Below, in pieces: positions 60,481 through 64,000 of a stretch of DNA of 64,000 nt. Source of the stretch: Anthoceros angustus. Its lineage: Eukaryota; Plantae; Anthocerotophyta. The notes under the pieces are model-generated. The model saw nothing but the letters and a program-made list of their open reading frames with translations. It had not been told where the DNA came from and did no database searches. Position 1 is the first letter of the stretch; every line of letters starts with the position of its first letter. The DNA lies in NCBI GenBank assembly GCA_010909165.1, contig MU008154.1, positions 1,167,478 to 1,231,477 on the forward strand. Direction: 5' to 3'. Made by a program: the position numbers and the translations under genes.

Positions 60481-61629
60481 ATGTTGAGGATAATGTATGG
60501 GTGTAATTGAATAGTCTCGCACCTGGGGGTCACTCTTGAGCATCGCCTGTGCTCAGGCCCAACCACGATCTGCACCCATCAAGCGTGTTGGTGGAGCTCG
60601 TCACCAGAGCTCTCGACACATCCCTCTACCACCAATTAATCATGCCCGGTGACGCAGGAACACACTCCGCTCCGCGAACATGGGAGGCAAGAGCACACGG
60701 AGTGCGAAGGTGGTACTCGGGATAGTCTACCCTCTTCGGTGCCGGGCCTCCCTCTATATCCCCCACACCCTAATCTAACCCACCTATGTATATACCTTAA
60801 CTGGTCGGTAACTCCCGAACTTAGTCGAATGCCTACCGGACCGACTTACCAACTACCGGGCCGGCCTTATTCATTGAGCAGCTTGAAGGCTCTTTGATCA
60901 CGGACTTGACCACTCCATCCACCAACGGACCAAGGGTCTAGGGATTGCGCTGTAAGTGCAATCTGGCCAAAAATGGCCTTGTTGGCTAACTCCACCCTAT
61001 TCCTACTAAGAAGTGACAACCCAAAAAAACCAAATCAAGCCCAAAACAAGTCGCCGAGGTCATGTACACTGGATGGGCGCTCCATAGTATACTATGTAAG
61101 TATCAACACATTTTCTGACCATCCCTGGTATGTGGTCTTTAGCGCCTGATTACCCGTTGATTAAGTAAAGTAAAGTCCATGCAAACTAGTCCCCTACAAG
61201 TCCATGCAAGTATAATCATAATTTCGTACATCTCATAATATCTCTAAATTTTGTTTATATACATCAATCTAGTTTTGCGTTAGTTTAGTAGGCAGCACAC
61301 TTTGCTTGGACAAACTGAGGACGAGGGATTGAATATACATTGCAATTCATGGAAAACGTTTTCTAACAAATAATGTCAACCGCCTCTTTCATGTATTAGC
61401 AGACTAAGTTTACCTCGTTCATTCATCTACGGGAGACCCACCTAAATATAAAAATTTGGGAAGGCTTCCTTCCAAACGCTTCAACGAGGAGAGGCCTTTC
61501 CTTTTTAAATTTCTTCTTGGTTTCTTGTATTTCTTCTGAAGATTTTTTCAGAACTAGAACGTCCTCAACAAGAGCAACTACATAGTGTTGATACAAGATG
61601 CTGACGTGATACATACAGAAGATGTTTCT

Positions 61630-62330
61630 TGCAGTTCAAATTGAGTGCAACTATAAGGTCAACGAGCGACATTTTCGAAGGGTCAGGAAACAATTCACAC
61701 CATGAAAGTATTGAAGAAGCAATCAACAATGCTCTAGATAGTAGTGATAATAAAATTTTGATCAATATTTCTGCTGGAACTCATAAGTTAAACTTATATG
61801 TCATTCTATATGTAATACAAAAATATTTATAATATGTTTTAATACTTTCTGAATTTTTACAACGAGACGATACACTTACCTTGTAATAGAACACAAATCA
61901 CATTGAACGGAAATGGAGCTAGAAATGATTGTCACAAAAATGGAGCTAGACACGATTGTACTATGCAATGATATTGTTAGGTAATATGTTTATGAGTGCA
62001 ACAATAATCATCTTGCCATACCATTTTGAAAAAATTGACATTCATTTCAAGTTATTTTATTTTTCTCTCCAAAACATATTTAACTCACCATTAAAAATAA
62101 ATTATTATTTAAAAATAGTAATTATTAAAGCTATTAATTTTTATAAAATGATGCAAGAAGACCAAAAACCGAGCACCAAAATGGAGAAGCAGTGGCTGCA
62201 TTGATTAAGTGTAATAAAGTTCAATTTGAATCTTGCAGATTCCAATCTTCTCACAATACACTATGATCAAATGAGAAGATATTTTTTCAAAAAATATTAA
62301 ATTATTAGTAATATCAATTTCGCAAAAGCG
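61630..62330 (+). pseudogene. Pectin methylesterase pseudogene, truncated, tail-to-tail with the 62528 gene
   Basis: ESIEEAINNALD..ILINISAGTHK, NGEAVAALI, SSHNTL; frameshifts and stops. Confidence 0.8.
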
Positions 62331-62527
62331 CCAAAGACACTAGCACAATAACTGTGGATTACCCTTTTTTTTGTGAATTTGGTTATCCAAAATCAAGAAA
62401 AAAGAGTAAAACCAATACTAGATATACAATGGATTCATTATGAAATGTTTACCCCACTCCTCTTACCAATCATAAATCCCAAACCTTTCACTAAGGACAT
62501 TTGAACTTGTTAATACTTAATATGCAT

Positions 62528-64000
62528 TCATTCAATAGTAATCCAATCCTGACCGTCTATAAAATCTGTGGTGAGAAATGGACGTGCTTCATCCTCGCTT
62601 AGGTCACGATGCACCCATTTTGGAAAAGTAGCGGTATTAGCACCAGCACCTGTGCACTTGTACAACCCATAGTATGCAGAACTGCAAAAACACACATATC
62701 ATGGGGATGAAATAATAAGTACAATCATGAAATTTAATAGATAACATGTCACAACATAAAGTGACAGTGACCATTGAAACTTACCTACGTCTGCTCTGGT
62801 CTCCCCAATCGGTCCAAGGTTGGTCTTTGTTGATTATATTTGCAATATGTGAATTTGCAAATATCACTCGAGAAGCTTTACCCCACGCTCTACCAAAGCT
62901 GTTTGAACCTGTCCCGGTGAGGTTGCAATTCAAAAATGAAAAGCCTGTGCTATCAGAAATATAATCTCTCTTTTGTGCTGTGAAAGATCCCTCATGCTTG
63001 TTTGCCGTAGAGTGAAGCTCACAATTCTATTAAAACGCAAAGTCACTTTTCAGAATGCCTAATTATATTTGATATTAATACAAACACCTTATGAAGTAAA
63101 TGAAGCACGAAGTACCTTGTATACGGATTGACCATTTCCACAGATGAAGTCGACGTTGCCAATAATTTTACATTTTTTGAAGAAATGTCTTCCCATTTGA
63201 TCATATAGAGTATTGTGAGATGATTCGAATATGCAGGATTCAAATTGAGCTTTATCACCCTTAATCAATACAGCCACTGCTTCTCCATTTGGTCGCCTAG
63301 TTTTTTGCCTTCTTGCATCATTCTATGAAAATTCGCATGATTATTATTTATGTTAATAAACTATTATATTATTTTTATAATAAATAAAGTCTTATTTGAA
63401 GAGTTAAATAAAATAATATACCTTAAAATGAATGTCAATTGCTTGAAAAAAGTCTGACTCAATGGTAATTGTTGCACTCTTAGACATATTACCTACTTCC
63501 TTTGCAGTATCATTCCATACTACATGTGTGTGTCTAGCTCCAGCTCCCTTCAATGTGATATGTGTTTTGTCGGACGGTACGTGTATCTTTTCCCTACACA
63601 AGTCCATAAATAATTTAAAATATCATACATATTTTTTTATTTCATACAAATATGTCTCACCTGTAAGTGCCAGGTGCAATATTGATGACAATTTGGTTGT
63701 CACTATTACTTGGAGCATTGTCGATTGCTTCTTGAATAGTCTCGTAGTGTGAATGGTTTCCTGATCCCACCAAGATGTCATTTCCTAATCCTACCAAGAT
63801 GTTATTTCCCGATCCTACTGAGATGTCGTTTGCTATGGAGATGTTATTTCCTGATCCTACCGAGATGTTGTGGTTGTCTCTCATAGTTGTACTCAAATCG
63901 TCTGAGATGTGGATGTTGACTCGCATAGTTGTACTCAATTGGTTAGTTGCACTATGTGTCCTGCTCAAAATTTTATGCCAATTAAGGTACTCTAGCATCT
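62528..64000 (-). CDS. Pectin methylesterase-like protein, 5' end beyond the window, with catalytic-motif substitutions
   Basis: TIQEAID..APGTYR|EKIHVP, EAVAVLI, SSHNTLYD, DFICG, FGRAW, YKCTGAGAN, QDWITIE*; N-terminal (I/L)xVGSGN repeats. Confidence 0.88.

Overview
Compact, intron-rich land-plant genomic DNA. Short introns of about 50-110 nt and abundant PPR debris suggest a Selaginella-like or other non-seed plant (inference). Host genes from left to right: RBR E3 ligase, beta-amylase (plus a deleted copy), ISWI remodeler, intronless BUB3, ABCG24/28-type transporter, EMC6, UUAT-like nucleotide-sugar transporter, p23 co-chaperone and several pectin methylesterases. PPR/F-box debris and a decayed Ty3/gypsy element lie at the right end. 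The most striking feature is an ~11-kb DNA transposon (about 20654-31717). It carries a Sola1-like DDD transposase on the + strand and, divergently, a frameshifted gene reading as a ParB-like domain followed by a bacterial-type beta-class N6-adenine/N4-cytosine DNA methyltransferase. A 1.2-kb non-autonomous derivative with matching ends lies at 16262-17454. Both genes of the element appear to have introns filled with palindromic (GC)n/(GCGCGCATGC)n arrays. Several local duplications (25.7-28.8, 48.2-52.6, 53.5-57.3, 58.2-59.8 kb) differ mostly by indels and may be long-read assembly artefacts. All family assignments come from motif recognition by eye; no searches were run.
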